A DNA stretch of 64,000 nucleotides. Source: an uncultured Desulfobacter sp. (lineage in GTDB: Bacteria > Desulfobacterota > Desulfobacteria > Desulfobacterales > Desulfobacteraceae). Position 1 is the first letter of the stretch; every line of letters starts with the position of its first letter. Below are positions 19,491 through 30,276 of this stretch, piece after piece. The position numbers and the translations under genes were made by a program. The stretch is from positions 6,464,001 to 6,528,000 of the forward strand of contig OY762069.1 of the NCBI GenBank assembly GCA_963665095.1. Direction: 5' to 3'. The notes under the pieces were generated by a model, which had not been told where the DNA came from, ran no database searches, and worked only from the letters and a program-made list of their open reading frames with translations.

Positions 19491-20795
19491 CTACAGAGAG
19501 GGGATGTCAAGACCTTGTTCCGTCAGCACGCAGACGCCGGGCCTGCCGATACGCAAGCGGTGCACACGCCCCGGACCGAATACGCTTTCCATCTGCTGTA
19601 CAAAGCCGGCCCAGGCGTCATAGGGTACATAGGCCTGGGCCGTGCCTGCAAATCCACCCCCGTGCACCCGGCAGACCGCATCCGGGCAGATCAGGTTTGT
19701 CACGGCAATGGCCAGAAGAACGCCCTGGTGACGGGTGGTGGTGATGGTGGCGCAGTTCTGCAGCAGGCTGCAGGATGACTGCCCCGAGGCTGCCACCTCT
19801 GCCAGATAGGGCCCGAATGATCCCCTGCGCAGATAATCGGCCATCCGGCCTGCCCGTTCATTTTCATTGATGAAGTGAAGCAGGCGAAGGGCGGCCCGGT
19901 CCCCTGCCGCTTCCCGAATATTTCCCAGTTTTTCCATAAACAGGTCCCTGGAGATATCCCGGCCGACTTCTTTACCCGCAGCCCTGGCGGCCTCTTTCAT
20001 CTCCCTGGGGATCGAGGCATACTCCGGGGTCAGTTCCCTATGGGTGCCCCCTGTGTCGATCAGGGCCAGCTGATACCCGCTGCCGGAAAAATCCCGGGTA
20101 ATGGTTTCAAGTTCCGGCTGATCCGGATCTTTGAAGTCGGCAAAGATGATCCGGCCTGCGGCGCTGGCCATCTGGTCCATCAGACCGCAGGGTTTGCCGA
20201 AATAGTCATTTTCCGCTTTCCGGGCCATGCGGGCCAGCCTTAAGGCAGGGCATTTGGTCCCGGGATCAAGATATGAAAAGATGTTGCCCATGAGCACGGA
20301 AAACGCCGCAGAGGAGCTGATGCCGATGCCCGGCAGACAGGTGGCATGGATATGGGCGCAAAAGCCCCTGGGGGTGCCGCCTCCCTGGGTAAAGGCAGCT
20401 GCCACGCCCCGGATCAGCGCTGCTGTCGTGCCCTGCTCCTCCGGCAGGGGGGAACGCCTGTCAAGGTCCACAATCACCGGCGCGTCCAGTTCCGAAGAGA
20501 CCACTGTGACCAGGGGCTCTTTGACCGGGACCACAGCGGCAGCACAGTCCAGATCCACGGCTGCGGCAAGAATTCTTCCCCGGTTGTGGTCCGTGTGGTT
20601 CCCGCCAAGCTCGGTCCTGCCCGGGGCAGAGACAAAAAAAGGCCTGCCAGTGGGAATGGCCTGTTTCAGCTGGTGCAGGAGTCCTTTATATCTATTTTTC
20701 TGGTCCGCTGAATTGTCATGCCCGTAAAGCGTGGTGAAGGATGGGTCCAGACGGCCGGAGTCAATGGCCGCTGCAAGCGTATCAAATCCCGTCAT
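19491..20795 (-). CDS. galK: Galactokinase
   Basis: APGRTELGGNHTDHN, PGIGISSSAA, AENDYFGKPCGLMDQ and HGGGFAG; start overlaps galT stop. Confidence 0.88.
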   Translation of the reverse strand: MTGFDTLAAAIDSGRLDPSFTTLYGHDNSADQKNRYKGLLHQLKQAIPTGRPFFVSAPGRTELGGNHTDHNRGRILAAAVDLDCAAAVVPVKEPLVTVVSSELDAPVIVDLDRRSPLPEEQGTTAALIRGVAAAFTQGGGTPRGFCAHIHATCLPGIGISSSAAFSVLMGNIFSYLDPGTKCPALRLARMARKAENDYFGKPCGLMDQMASAAGRIIFADFKDPDQPELETITRDFSGSGYQLALIDTGGTHRELTPEYASIPREMKEAARAAGKEVGRDISRDLFMEKLGNIREAAGDRAALRLLHFINENERAGRMADYLRRGSFGPYLAEVAASGQSSCSLLQNCATITTTRHQGVLLAIAVTNLICPDAVCRVHGGGFAGTAQAYVPYDAWAGFVQQMESVFGPGRVHRLRIGRPGVCVLTEQGLDIPSL

Positions 20796-21868
20796 GGCCG
20801 ATCCTTTCTAACACAGTTTTCAAGGTAATGAATTGCGGGCTGCGCTCTGAGCATGGCAGCAGCCTTTTCCGCTGTAATGTCCCGCTGGGGCATGGCCAGC
20901 ATCTCATAGCCCACCATGTGTTTTTTTATGGTTTTGGAGCGCAGAAGCGGCGGATAATAGTGAAAATGAAAATGCCAGGCATCTGCGGCGCGGGCCTTTG
21001 TTTCCGCAGCAGGGTGCTGGTGGATGCCCATGGAGTAGGGAAAAGAGGTGGTAAACAGGTTGTCGTAACAGATGCCCAGCTGTTGGATTATGGCGGCCAG
21101 ATCCTTTTTTTCATCCGGTGTCATCAGCGGGATCGCCCCCATATGCCGCCGGGGCAGTATCATGGTCTCAAAGGGCCACACGGCCCAGAAGGGCACAAGG
21201 CAGACAAAGGTGTCATTGGAAAAAACCACCCTTATTTTTTCTTTCAGCTCGCGTTCAAGATAGTCGCAGAGCAGGCAGCGGCCATGGGCTGTAAGATAGT
21301 GGTACTGGTGTTCGTCTTCTTTCAGGGGCAGGGGAGGAATGGCACTGTTGGCCCAGATCTGGCCATGGGGATGGGGGTTGGAGCATCCCATGAGTTCCCC
21401 TCTGTTTTCAAAGATCTGGACATGGGCGATTCTCTCTTCCCGGCTCAGATGTTCAAATTCGGCAATCCAGACATCAATCACCCCTTCAATCCGGGTCCGG
21501 CTCATACGGGCCATGGTCAGATCGTGGCGGGGGTGGTAGCAGATCACCCGGCAGATGCCTGATTCCGGGGCTATTTGAAGCAGGGGGTCAGGTTCAGCCG
21601 GGTCCGGCCCTGTCTCCGGCAGCAGGGCGGAAAAATCATTGGTAAACACAAAGGTGTCCGTATACCTGGGATTTTTTTCTCCCCCGGCCCTCTGGTTGCC
21701 CGGGCACAGATAACATCCCGGATCGTACTGGACAGCTGTTTCTGCATCGGGTGCCTCCTGCTGGCCTGTCCAGGGCCGCTGTGCCCGGTGGGGGGAGACA
21801 AGCACCCATTCCCCGGTCAGAAGGTTCAACCGTTTATGGGGATAGTCGGAAATCTGCTGTTCAGCCAT
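20792..21868 (-). CDS. galT: Galactose-1-phosphate uridylyltransferase
   Basis: HKRLNLLTGEWVLVSPHRAQRPW, CYLCPGN, FENRGELMGCSNPHPHGQ and GYEMLAMPQRD. Confidence 0.96.
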   Translation of the reverse strand: MAEQQISDYPHKRLNLLTGEWVLVSPHRAQRPWTGQQEAPDAETAVQYDPGCYLCPGNQRAGGEKNPRYTDTFVFTNDFSALLPETGPDPAEPDPLLQIAPESGICRVICYHPRHDLTMARMSRTRIEGVIDVWIAEFEHLSREERIAHVQIFENRGELMGCSNPHPHGQIWANSAIPPLPLKEDEHQYHYLTAHGRCLLCDYLERELKEKIRVVFSNDTFVCLVPFWAVWPFETMILPRRHMGAIPLMTPDEKKDLAAIIQQLGICYDNLFTTSFPYSMGIHQHPAAETKARAADAWHFHFHYYPPLLRSKTIKKHMVGYEMLAMPQRDITAEKAAAMLRAQPAIHYLENCVRKDRP

Positions 21869-21976
21869 AGGGGCAGTCCTTCATAGGGGTTGGCAAACAG
21901 CCGTTGCATCGCATGGCTGCTTAAAGTACCATATAGAACAACCACGGGATTTTCAAATTTTTTTAAAGGAGCCACC

Positions 21977-22666
21977 ATGCAGCGCTCGGAAATTAACAGA
22001 TATATCAAAGAGGCCATTGACCTCTTTAAAAATGCCGGGTTTCATCTGCCGCCCTTTGCGTTCTGGTCCCCGGAACAGTGGCGCAATAAAGGCCCTGAGG
22101 CAGACGAAATCCGGGATAACGGCCTGGGATGGGATCTCACTGATTACGGTCTGGGCAGTTATCTTGACACCGGGCTGCTGCTCTTTACCCTGCGAAACGG
22201 CAACTATGCCCAAAAGGAAAAATATCCCAAAGGGTATGCTGAAAAGATCATGGTCGTGAAAGAAAACCAGGTCTGCCCCTGGCATTTTCACTGGCACAAG
22301 CGGGAGGATATCATCAACCGGGGCGGCGGCGAGCTGGTGATTGAACTTTACCTGTGTGATGATAAAGAAAACCTGTCAGATCAGCCTGTGTCTGCGGCCA
22401 TTGACGGCCAACGCATCCAGGTGGCCCTCGGCGGACGGGTGGTGCTGGCACCGGGGCAGTCCATCTGCCTTGAACCGTACATGTACCATAAATTTTACGG
22501 CAATCCCGGAAAGGGTACGGTGATTGTGGGAGAGGTCTCGGCAGTGAATGACGACCATCATGACAACCGGTTCCTTGAACAGATGGGACGGTTTCCTGAT
22601 ATTGTTGAGGATGAGCTGCCCATCCATCTGCTGTGTACTGAATATCCGAAAGGTAAAAAAGCATGA
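21977..22666 (+). CDS. D-lyxose/D-mannose family sugar isomerase
   Basis: MQRSEIN, LGWDLTD, YAEKIM, PWHFHWHKREDIINRGGG and GEVSAVNDD..DNRF; AAGGAG RBS. Confidence 0.9.
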   Translation: MQRSEINRYIKEAIDLFKNAGFHLPPFAFWSPEQWRNKGPEADEIRDNGLGWDLTDYGLGSYLDTGLLLFTLRNGNYAQKEKYPKGYAEKIMVVKENQVCPWHFHWHKREDIINRGGGELVIELYLCDDKENLSDQPVSAAIDGQRIQVALGGRVVLAPGQSICLEPYMYHKFYGNPGKGTVIVGEVSAVNDDHHDNRFLEQMGRFPDIVEDELPIHLLCTEYPKGKKA

Positions 22667-23532
22667 AAAAATTTCTGATTGCCGGTATTGGTGAGCTGCT
22701 CTGGGATGTGCTGCCCCATGGTGAAGTGCTGGGCGGGGCCCCGGTGAATTTTGCCTGTCATGTAAACCAGCTGGGCGCCACAGGGATTCCCGTATCCACG
22801 GTGGGGGATGATGACCGGGGCCGAAAGGCCCTTGCGACACTGACAGCCAGCGGCATGGATGTGGAAGGCATATCCGTGGTGCCAAAGGTGGCCACAGGCT
22901 TTGTGGAGGCCCGTCTGGATGAAAACGGCTGCGCCCGGTACCATTTTCCGGATGATGTGGCCTGGGATCATCTGACCATCACCCCCTATGCCCAAAAGGT
23001 TAAACCCAAGCTTGATGCGGTCTGCTTCGGGACCCTGGTCCAGCGCGGGGACCATTCGCGGACAGCGCTTTACGCCTATCTTGACAGCCTGCCCGAACAG
23101 TGCCTGAAGGTGTGTGATCTCAATTTCCGCCAGGCATATTTCAGCCGCGAGGTGGTGGATCACTCCCTGGCCCGGGCGGATATTGTCAAGCTCAATGATG
23201 AAGAGCTGCCGGTTCTGCTGGACCTGTTCAAAATCAGGGTCCGGCACATGGTGGCATTAAAGGATCTGCTTGACCGGTATCACCTGAAAATGGTCATCTG
23301 CACCCGGGGCAGCAAAGGCAGTGTGATTGTCACCGGCAATGCCGTGTCCGACCATCCGGGAAATCCTTGCGATGTTGCGGATACCATCGGGGCAGGGGAT
23401 GCGTTTGCAGCGTCCGTGGTCACAGACTTTCTTAAAGAAGAGCCGCTTGACGCCATAAATGACCGGGCCAACAGGGTGGCGGCGGCGGTTTGCGCACAGA
23501 CCGGGGGCATGCCCCGGGACTGTGATTATTAA
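22663..23532 (+). CDS. PfkB family carbohydrate kinase (fructokinase-like)
   Basis: GELLWD, GGAPVNFA, DLNFR, KLNDEEL and DTIGAGDAF; ATGA coupling to the isomerase. Confidence 0.92.
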   Translation: MKKFLIAGIGELLWDVLPHGEVLGGAPVNFACHVNQLGATGIPVSTVGDDDRGRKALATLTASGMDVEGISVVPKVATGFVEARLDENGCARYHFPDDVAWDHLTITPYAQKVKPKLDAVCFGTLVQRGDHSRTALYAYLDSLPEQCLKVCDLNFRQAYFSREVVDHSLARADIVKLNDEELPVLLDLFKIRVRHMVALKDLLDRYHLKMVICTRGSKGSVIVTGNAVSDHPGNPCDVADTIGAGDAFAASVVTDFLKEEPLDAINDRANRVAAAVCAQTGGMPRDCDY

Positions 23533-23555
23533 CAATATATTGATACGGCATTCAC

Positions 23556-25517
23556 ATGGGTATAGCTTCTGATATTGCAATTATTGTTGTGGCAGGACTG
23601 CTTGGCGGCCTCATTGCCCAGCGGTTAAAACAACCTTTAATTCTGGGATATATTCTGGTCGGCGTCATGGTGGGTCCCTTTACCGGAGGCGTCACCATTT
23701 CCAATACCCACGATATAGAGCTGCTGGCAGAGATCGGCGTTGCCCTGCTGCTTTTTGCGCTGGGGCTGGAGTTTTCACTCAAAGAACTCAAACCGGTGGC
23801 CCGCATCGCTTTAATCGGTACGCCCATTCAGATGCTGCTTTCCATTGCCCTTGGTTTCGGGATCGGGAAATTATGTCACTGGCCTTTTACTGATGCCCTT
23901 TGGTTCGGGGGGCTCATTGCCCTGTCCAGTACCATGGTGATTTTGAAAACACTGATGAGCCAGGGACGAATGGGGACGCTTTCCAGCCGGGTCATGATCG
24001 GCATGCTGATCGTGCAGGATCTGGCTGTGGTGCCCCTGATGATTATTCTGCCCCAGTTAAACCAGCCCGAAGCCGGATTGCCGGCCCTGGGCTGGGCCGC
24101 AGCCAAGGCAGGGACCTTTTTGTTTTTAATGGTATTTGTGGGGACACGGCTTATCCCTGGACTGCTGGCCTATATTGCCAGGAAAAATTCACGGGAGTTG
24201 TTTCTTCTGGCCATAACGGCCATCGGGCTGGGTATCGGATATGGCACCTATCTGTTCGGGTTGTCCTTTGCCTTTGGCGCCTTTGTCGCGGGAATGGTCC
24301 TAAGCGAATCCGACTACGGCCACCAGGCCCTGAGCGATATTATCCCTTTGCGCGATATTTTCGGGTTACTTTTTTTTGTCTCCGTGGGCATGCTGCTGGA
24401 CCCGGTTTTCCTGATTAAAAACTGGAAAACAATACTGGTTGTGGTGGTATTGGTCTCTGCCGGCAAAGGCATTATTTTCTCCGCATTAAGCCGGTTATTC
24501 GGCTATGGCAACGTTATTCCCCTGGCATTGGGATTTGCCATGTTCCAGGTGGGGGAGTTTTCATTTGTGCTGGCCCGGGTGGGCATCAGCACCCATTCCA
24601 TATCCCATGATCTCTATTCCCTGACCCTGGCCACCGCCATTGTGACCATGCTGCTGACACCTTTGGTTTCAGGGCTGACAGCGCCCTTGTACGGGCTGCG
24701 AAAGCGCGTGTTTAAAAAGGAATCCGTGCAGACCCTCAATCTGCCGGATACTGGATTGCGCAACCATGTGATCATCGCCGGCGGGGGGCGGATCGGATGC
24801 CACGTGGGCCAGGTGCTACAGCGCCTGGAACTGGCCTTTGTCGTCATTGAAATTGACTACCGGCGGGTCACCCAGGCCAAGAACCTGGGCTTTCCGGTAA
24901 TTTACGGCGATGTCACCCAGGAGGTGGTGATGGCGGCGGGAAAGGTGAAAAAGGCCAATCTTGTGCTTATTACCACCCCTTTGATTGACGTCACCAGAAC
25001 CGTCTGCAGCCTGGTGCTTCAGTTAAATCCCAATGTGAATATTGTGGCCAGGGCTGAAGGGGTGGAACATATGAAGGCCCTGCAGGAGCAGGGGATACAC
25101 GAAGTGATTCAGCCGGAATTTGAAGCCGGCCTGCAGTTCACCCGCCAGGCCCTGCTGCATTTAAATATCCCTGCCACAGATATCCAGAAATACACAGACG
25201 CATTCCGCAGGGAGCTGTATGCCCCACTCTTTCAGATCAGCCAGGGACACCAGACCCTGTCCCAGCTGCAGAAAGCGTGCGATCTGCTGGAGTTCAACTG
25301 GGTGAAGCTGGCGGCCGACAGCCCTGTTATCGGCCGGACAATCAAGGAGTTAGACCTTCGCACCAAAACCGGCATATCCATCGTGGGCGTCATGCATGAC
25401 GGCGCGCTGCATCCCAACCCCATGGCTGATTACCAGTTCAAAGCCGGCGATTTAATCGCTGTCATGGGCAATGCCCAGCAGTTGGCTGATTTTCAGGGGT
25501 TGATTACGCCTTCGTAA
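23556..25517 (+). CDS. CPA2 cation:proton antiporter with TrkA-N and TrkA-C domains (Kef-like)
   Basis: [42 protein letters not shown] Rossmann motif; C-terminal RCK-C. Confidence 0.92.
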   Translation: MGIASDIAIIVVAGLLGGLIAQRLKQPLILGYILVGVMVGPFTGGVTISNTHDIELLAEIGVALLLFALGLEFSLKELKPVARIALIGTPIQMLLSIALGFGIGKLCHWPFTDALWFGGLIALSSTMVILKTLMSQGRMGTLSSRVMIGMLIVQDLAVVPLMIILPQLNQPEAGLPALGWAAAKAGTFLFLMVFVGTRLIPGLLAYIARKNSRELFLLAITAIGLGIGYGTYLFGLSFAFGAFVAGMVLSESDYGHQALSDIIPLRDIFGLLFFVSVGMLLDPVFLIKNWKTILVVVVLVSAGKGIIFSALSRLFGYGNVIPLALGFAMFQVGEFSFVLARVGISTHSISHDLYSLTLATAIVTMLLTPLVSGLTAPLYGLRKRVFKKESVQTLNLPDTGLRNHVIIAGGGRIGCHVGQVLQRLELAFVVIEIDYRRVTQAKNLGFPVIYGDVTQEVVMAAGKVKKANLVLITTPLIDVTRTVCSLVLQLNPNVNIVARAEGVEHMKALQEQGIHEVIQPEFEAGLQFTRQALLHLNIPATDIQKYTDAFRRELYAPLFQISQGHQTLSQLQKACDLLEFNWVKLAADSPVIGRTIKELDLRTKTGISIVGVMHDGALHPNPMADYQFKAGDLIAVMGNAQQLADFQGLITPS

Positions 25518-25668
25518 TAAAATGTCTGGGGTTTGGATTGCTGATGGTTTGAAATCAGTGAACAGCTTTCTGAGCTGCATCCTGGATTTGATGAAGAATT
25601 TCTAAAACTAACTCATTATGAAAAAACTGGTGATTAACTGCTTTTGGCAGCAGGTCTATCTGAAATAA

Positions 25669-25703
25669 AAACCCCCACCTGTAAAGGCGAGGGTTTATTT
25701 TTT
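25669..25703. terminator. Probable bidirectional intrinsic terminator between convergent genes
   Basis: AAACCCCCACCT-GTAA-AGGCGAGGGTTT imperfect stem flanked by A and T runs. Confidence 0.6.
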
Positions 25704-25777
25704 CTGAAAATCTGACATGATAAAAAATTTTGATGTGGGATTATGTCATACTTATACGATCCTTCCCAAGGTTGGCG

Positions 25778-26455
25778 TTAGGCCTTTTGTTTTCTTCCTA
25801 TACCGGCAACGCCAAGCAGTCCAATCCCAAATAGAAGCATGGTTGCCGGTTCAGGTACAGCGTCTTGTCCGCCGGAATCTCCTGATAATTCCATGATAAA
25901 TGCGACATCCTTCTCAGTATGCCAATTCTGCCAAGATGTTGTTCCTGCTGATCGAACATACGCTGCACCATTTGCATAGGGATTATTTTTAACAGCCCCT
26001 ACAAGTACATCCGTGCCACTGGTTCCTTCCAGCACCCATAAGTATTCGAGTCCAACGGTAAGGTTTATATCTGTTCCGGAACTGGCATAGTCGATCATGC
26101 AGCCAACATAGTCATCATAACTCGTAGTGCCATTAGTTGTTGTGTCGCCCAACTGAATAGTGTCACCCGTGATATAGGAAGAACCCTGGTATAAGGACAC
26201 TGTAACCTGCTGGGTGTCATCTGAACTATTTGCCAAATAGAATGTTATCGAATCTAAATTAGTATCATCACCGGTTTGGAGGGTGAAAGTTTGCCCAACA
26301 TCCCAGCGGTAACTGTTGCTATCAAGCGGCCCTAAACTGGTTGCGTCGCTTGAACTAGAAGCAAAATTGGTAGTTGTATCAATGGTTGTAGCCATGGCGG
26401 TTGAAAAAATTAAAACACCGGCCAGGCTGATTAAAAGAAATAAACTTTTTTTCAT
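25778..26455 (-). CDS. PEP-CTERM exosortase-target surface protein
   Basis: Signal peptide, T/S/D-rich body, C-terminal VPEPATMLLFGIGLLGVAGIGRKQKA. Confidence 0.95.
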   Translation of the reverse strand: MKKSLFLLISLAGVLIFSTAMATTIDTTTNFASSSSDATSLGPLDSNSYRWDVGQTFTLQTGDDTNLDSITFYLANSSDDTQQVTVSLYQGSSYITGDTIQLGDTTTNGTTSYDDYVGCMIDYASSGTDINLTVGLEYLWVLEGTSGTDVLVGAVKNNPYANGAAYVRSAGTTSWQNWHTEKDVAFIMELSGDSGGQDAVPEPATMLLFGIGLLGVAGIGRKQKA

Positions 26456-26766
26456 TTTCTTCTCCCTTAAATAAGTTTAAAAAATTGAATATGGTGAATT
26501 TTATAACATGCTGACTATGTAAATGATTTTGTTATAGGCAGCAGCTAAAAAAATCTGTGATTCAAAATAATGACTATGCTTTAAAAAAATGCATTAGACT
26601 GAAGCGACGGAGTTGGAAAAATTCCATTCGCAGTAATGTTGCTTTGAGAGAGGCTTTTTATTTCAGAGGTATAACAGTATTTGCGTCAGCAATCAGAAGA
26701 GTGTGAGCTTGTCTCTTCAGCCATACTTAATAATTAGTTTAAAATATCTAATTTTCTGAGTAGATT

Positions 26767-26782
26767 TGCAAATGCCATGCCA
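26767..26782 (-). promoter_or_regulatory. Sigma54 (-24/-12) promoter for the PEP-CTERM gene
   Basis: Minus strand reads TGGCAT-GGCAT-TTGCA (GG-N10-GC); PEP-CTERM genes are known sigma54 targets. Confidence 0.75.
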
Positions 26783-27144
26783 GCGCTTCACTAATTAACG
26801 CCATGGCGTTGAATAGGGTTACTTTTTATTTTATTTCCAATAGGTTTAATGTGAAGTGATATTTATTTTTACTTGTTTTAGTGTGACTTAATGTGTGTAT
26901 TAATTTCCCTATATGTATGTAATTTATTTACCTTGTTAATAACAATTTCATACTTATCAGGCAGGGGAAATGTCTTTCTTGTATATTTCCGGACAGATCC
27001 GTTCTAAATAACGTCCAGGCAATGGTTGAGCCAATCATTTCCCTGCCACAAATATGCCATGCCCGCACCGGTTATGGCCAGACAGTAAAGAATAACAAAG
27101 CGTATATACACCACATAAAAAGTTTCTGGTGAATCAGAAATTGG

Positions 27145-29994
27145 TCAACAGTGCTCAGCCAGCCAGGACTCAAGTTCATGCAGGGGCATGGGCCGGGCAA
27201 AAACATATCCCTGGATGTCCATGTCTCCCAGTTTATTTAGAATCTCCAGCTGAGTGTCATCTTCCACGCCTTCGGCCACAATACCCATGTTCAGCTTGTT
27301 GGCCATCAGGACGATGGTTTCTACTATTGCCAGGGCATTGGCGTCATCTGCGATATCATCGATAAAGGATTTGTCGATTTTTAAAGTGGTGATGGGCATC
27401 TGTTTAAGATAGGCCAGGGACGAATAGCCTGTGCCAAAGTCATCTATGGCTGTGGAGATACCGATTTCCGACAGGTTTTTAAGCCGGGTCATGGTGGTGT
27501 TGATATCCCGCATTAAAAGGGACTCGGTGATCTCTATTTTCAGGCGGTCTGTGGGGTAGGCGGTCTCTTTTATTATCCTTCCGGCCATCTGTTCAAATGA
27601 GGGCTCATCCATCTGCCGTGCAGACACATTGACAGAGAGCATCAGGTCTATCTGACTTTCTTTCCGGATTCGGCAGGTCTGTTCAACCGCCTTTTGAAAA
27701 ATTTGTTCACCAATGGGAATGATCAGGCCGGACTCTTCTGCCAGGGGGATAAACTGGCCCGGTGAAACAACGGTCCCGTCCGGTTTTATCCAGCGGACCA
27801 GGGCTTCAAGCCCCACCGGCTTTACCGTCCGGATATTGACCTGGGGCTGGAAATATACCTGGAATTCATCATTTTCAATGGCCGTACGCATATTCATCTC
27901 CATTTCAATGCGCTGGTTGATCTCTTTGGCCATTTTCTTTTCAAACAGATAATACTTATCCTTTCCTTTATCCTTGGAGTGGTACATGGCAAGATCGGCA
28001 TGGCGGATAAGTGTCTCTGCATCATCACCGTCCTCGGGGAAAACAGAAATGCCGATACTCGAGGTGATATGGAAGGATTTGCCGCCAATGTCAAAGGGCG
28101 CTGAAAATGCGTCCTGAATCCGTTTGACCATACCGATGATTTCCATCATATCGTCCACGTCCGTGACCATGATGACAAATTCATCTCCGCCAATCCGGGC
28201 CACAGTATCGCTGGTTCGTGTCACTTTGCCCAACCTTTCTGCCGCCTCCTTTAACAGTTCGTCCCCATGGGCGTGACCTGCCGTGTCATTGACGTTTTTG
28301 AAATTATCAAGATCAATGAAGATCAACTGCAACATCCTTGCATCGCGCCTTGCCCTGTTTATGGCATGTTCAAGCCGGTCTTTGAGCAGGGTCCGGTTGG
28401 GAAGGCCTGTGAGCGGATCATGGTAGGCCATAAATTCGATCTGCTTTTCTTTGGTCTTCATCTCGGACATATCATGGAACACGGCCACATAGTTGTTCAC
28501 TTTTCCACAGTTATCCCGGATGGCACTGATGCTCAGGAACTCCGGGTAGGCCTGTCCGGATTTTTTCCGATTCCAGATTTCACCGGACCACTGGCCTTTT
28601 AAAATCAGGGACTGCCACATGGATTTATAAAAGGCATGATCGTGCCGGTCCGATTTTAAAATCCGGGGATTTTGGCCGATGGCTTCCTGGGCCGTGTAAC
28701 CGGTAATATCGGTAAATGCCTGGTTTACCACCTGAATTTCTCCATTCGCAGCGGTGATGGTAATCCCCTCGTTGGCATTTTCAAATACTTTTTCAAATAA
28801 CTGGAGCCGGATCTGGGTCTCTTTGCGGATGGTATTTTCGGTGATCAGAGTTCTTTTATACGTTTCCAGCCGTCTTACAAATTTGTTGAAGCTGGATTCA
28901 AGGTCCCCGATTTCATCTTTGCGCCGGCTCTCCAGTGGCTGCAGCTGCCAGTCTTCACTCATATTGACATTAAAACGGTCAATGAGGCTGATCAGGGGTC
29001 TGGTAATGGTGGTGCTTACGGCAAGTGTAACAAGGGCAATGACGGCAATGGAGGCCGCCAGAATGGCAAGAAACATCCGGCGTATTTCCGATAGCGGGGC
29101 AAAGGCTTTTTCAGTATATGCTGAAGACGCAATGATCCAGTTGAAATCAGGTATGAAATCAAATGCCATCAATTTTTCCTTGATCACCTGATCTTCAGGG
29201 TTTTGCCAGAAGTAGCGGGCCATCCCTTTTTTCTGTGCAATGATTTCCCGGAGCTGTTTTCGGTTTTCAGCAGATCCGTAATCCATCATGTTGCCGGATA
29301 TTTTGGGATGGATGATGATGTTGGCCCGGGTGTCAAAGACAAACGAGTAACCGGTGCCCAGCACATCCATTGCCAGCACTTTGTCTTTAAAATCTGCCAC
29401 AGAGACAAGCTTGGAAAATTCTGATTTATATGATGATACTGAGATGATCCAGTCCCAGGGTTCAAAATAGGTCATGTGCAGTGCTTTGGGGTGTTTTTCA
29501 CTGTCCTCCGGGTTTTTCCACCAGTATTCCAGGTAGCCGGTCTTCTGCATCAGCTGTTTCTGGATGAATTCGAGTTCGGCATAGTTCTGCCCTTTGACAT
29601 CCTGTTTAGGGTGAATTTTTACCTCTCCTGTACTGTCAATGACGTAGATGTACCCGGTCTGGCCGATTTTCTGGCTCAGCAGCAGGTCGGTCGCCTGTTT
29701 TTTTGCCTCTTTTTCGGAAATCAGATGATTCCGGAAATCTTCATAGATGTGCTCGATGACTTCCAGATTTTTTTCAGCAATGGCACGCAGGTGAAATTTT
29801 ATGGAAACTGTTCCGGCCGTCTCGATCATGCTTGTGATCGACTGGTTGGACAGTGCCAATGCGGTTTTTATCTGATGTTCAAGATGGGCTTTCACGTGGA
29901 TATAGTACGCGGTGAAACCGCATGAAAAAACAGCGGTGGCCACCAGTGAATAGATGAAAAACAGCTTGAGCCGTATGGGCAGACGTTTGAGCAT
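27145..29994 (-). CDS. Cache-HAMP-PAS-GGDEF-EAL c-di-GMP signalling protein
   Basis: Two TMs around Cache repeats; PAS NQAFTDITGY; HDPLTGLPNR, RTSD I-site, GGDEF, EAL, DDFGTGYSSL and QGY. Confidence 0.93.
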   Translation of the reverse strand: MLKRLPIRLKLFFIYSLVATAVFSCGFTAYYIHVKAHLEHQIKTALALSNQSITSMIETAGTVSIKFHLRAIAEKNLEVIEHIYEDFRNHLISEKEAKKQATDLLLSQKIGQTGYIYVIDSTGEVKIHPKQDVKGQNYAELEFIQKQLMQKTGYLEYWWKNPEDSEKHPKALHMTYFEPWDWIISVSSYKSEFSKLVSVADFKDKVLAMDVLGTGYSFVFDTRANIIIHPKISGNMMDYGSAENRKQLREIIAQKKGMARYFWQNPEDQVIKEKLMAFDFIPDFNWIIASSAYTEKAFAPLSEIRRMFLAILAASIAVIALVTLAVSTTITRPLISLIDRFNVNMSEDWQLQPLESRRKDEIGDLESSFNKFVRRLETYKRTLITENTIRKETQIRLQLFEKVFENANEGITITAANGEIQVVNQAFTDITGYTAQEAIGQNPRILKSDRHDHAFYKSMWQSLILKGQWSGEIWNRKKSGQAYPEFLSISAIRDNCGKVNNYVAVFHDMSEMKTKEKQIEFMAYHDPLTGLPNRTLLKDRLEHAINRARRDARMLQLIFIDLDNFKNVNDTAGHAHGDELLKEAAERLGKVTRTSDTVARIGGDEFVIMVTDVDDMMEIIGMVKRIQDAFSAPFDIGGKSFHITSSIGISVFPEDGDDAETLIRHADLAMYHSKDKGKDKYYLFEKKMAKEINQRIEMEMNMRTAIENDEFQVYFQPQVNIRTVKPVGLEALVRWIKPDGTVVSPGQFIPLAEESGLIIPIGEQIFQKAVEQTCRIRKESQIDLMLSVNVSARQMDEPSFEQMAGRIIKETAYPTDRLKIEITESLLMRDINTTMTRLKNLSEIGISTAIDDFGTGYSSLAYLKQMPITTLKIDKSFIDDIADDANALAIVETIVLMANKLNMGIVAEGVEDDTQLEILNKLGDMDIQGYVFARPMPLHELESWLAEHC

Positions 29995-30114
29995 AATTAA
30001 ACTGCTTGTTAAATATAAGGTTCTGGGTTGCAACCGGATGATATGGTGAAAAGTGTATTGTAAAATACCAATGAAATCAAGGCTTCGCTTTATCTATGTG
30101 CTGTGCAGAATGAT

Positions 30115-30143
30115 TTGACATTCACTGATGTAAGCTCTACATT
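30115..30143 (+). promoter_or_regulatory. Sigma70-type promoter
   Basis: TTGACA-17 bp-TACATT. Confidence 0.6.
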
Positions 30144-30276
30144 GACCAGCTGGATTTCGGCAGCAGCCGAAGTGACGTTATATGTGTGAAGTGTGCCGGC
30201 TGCACCGGGATAATCTCCCGGAATGGAAGAAAAAAACGGCATGCTCAGGAGTAGAAAAGTTAGTAGCAGGTAGCGC

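Noticed and set aside
26670..26720. c-di-GMP-I riboswitch suggested by GACGCAAA in the PEP-CTERM leader
   Set aside because: The GGCAAACC...GAAA stem and the rest of the consensus are missing.
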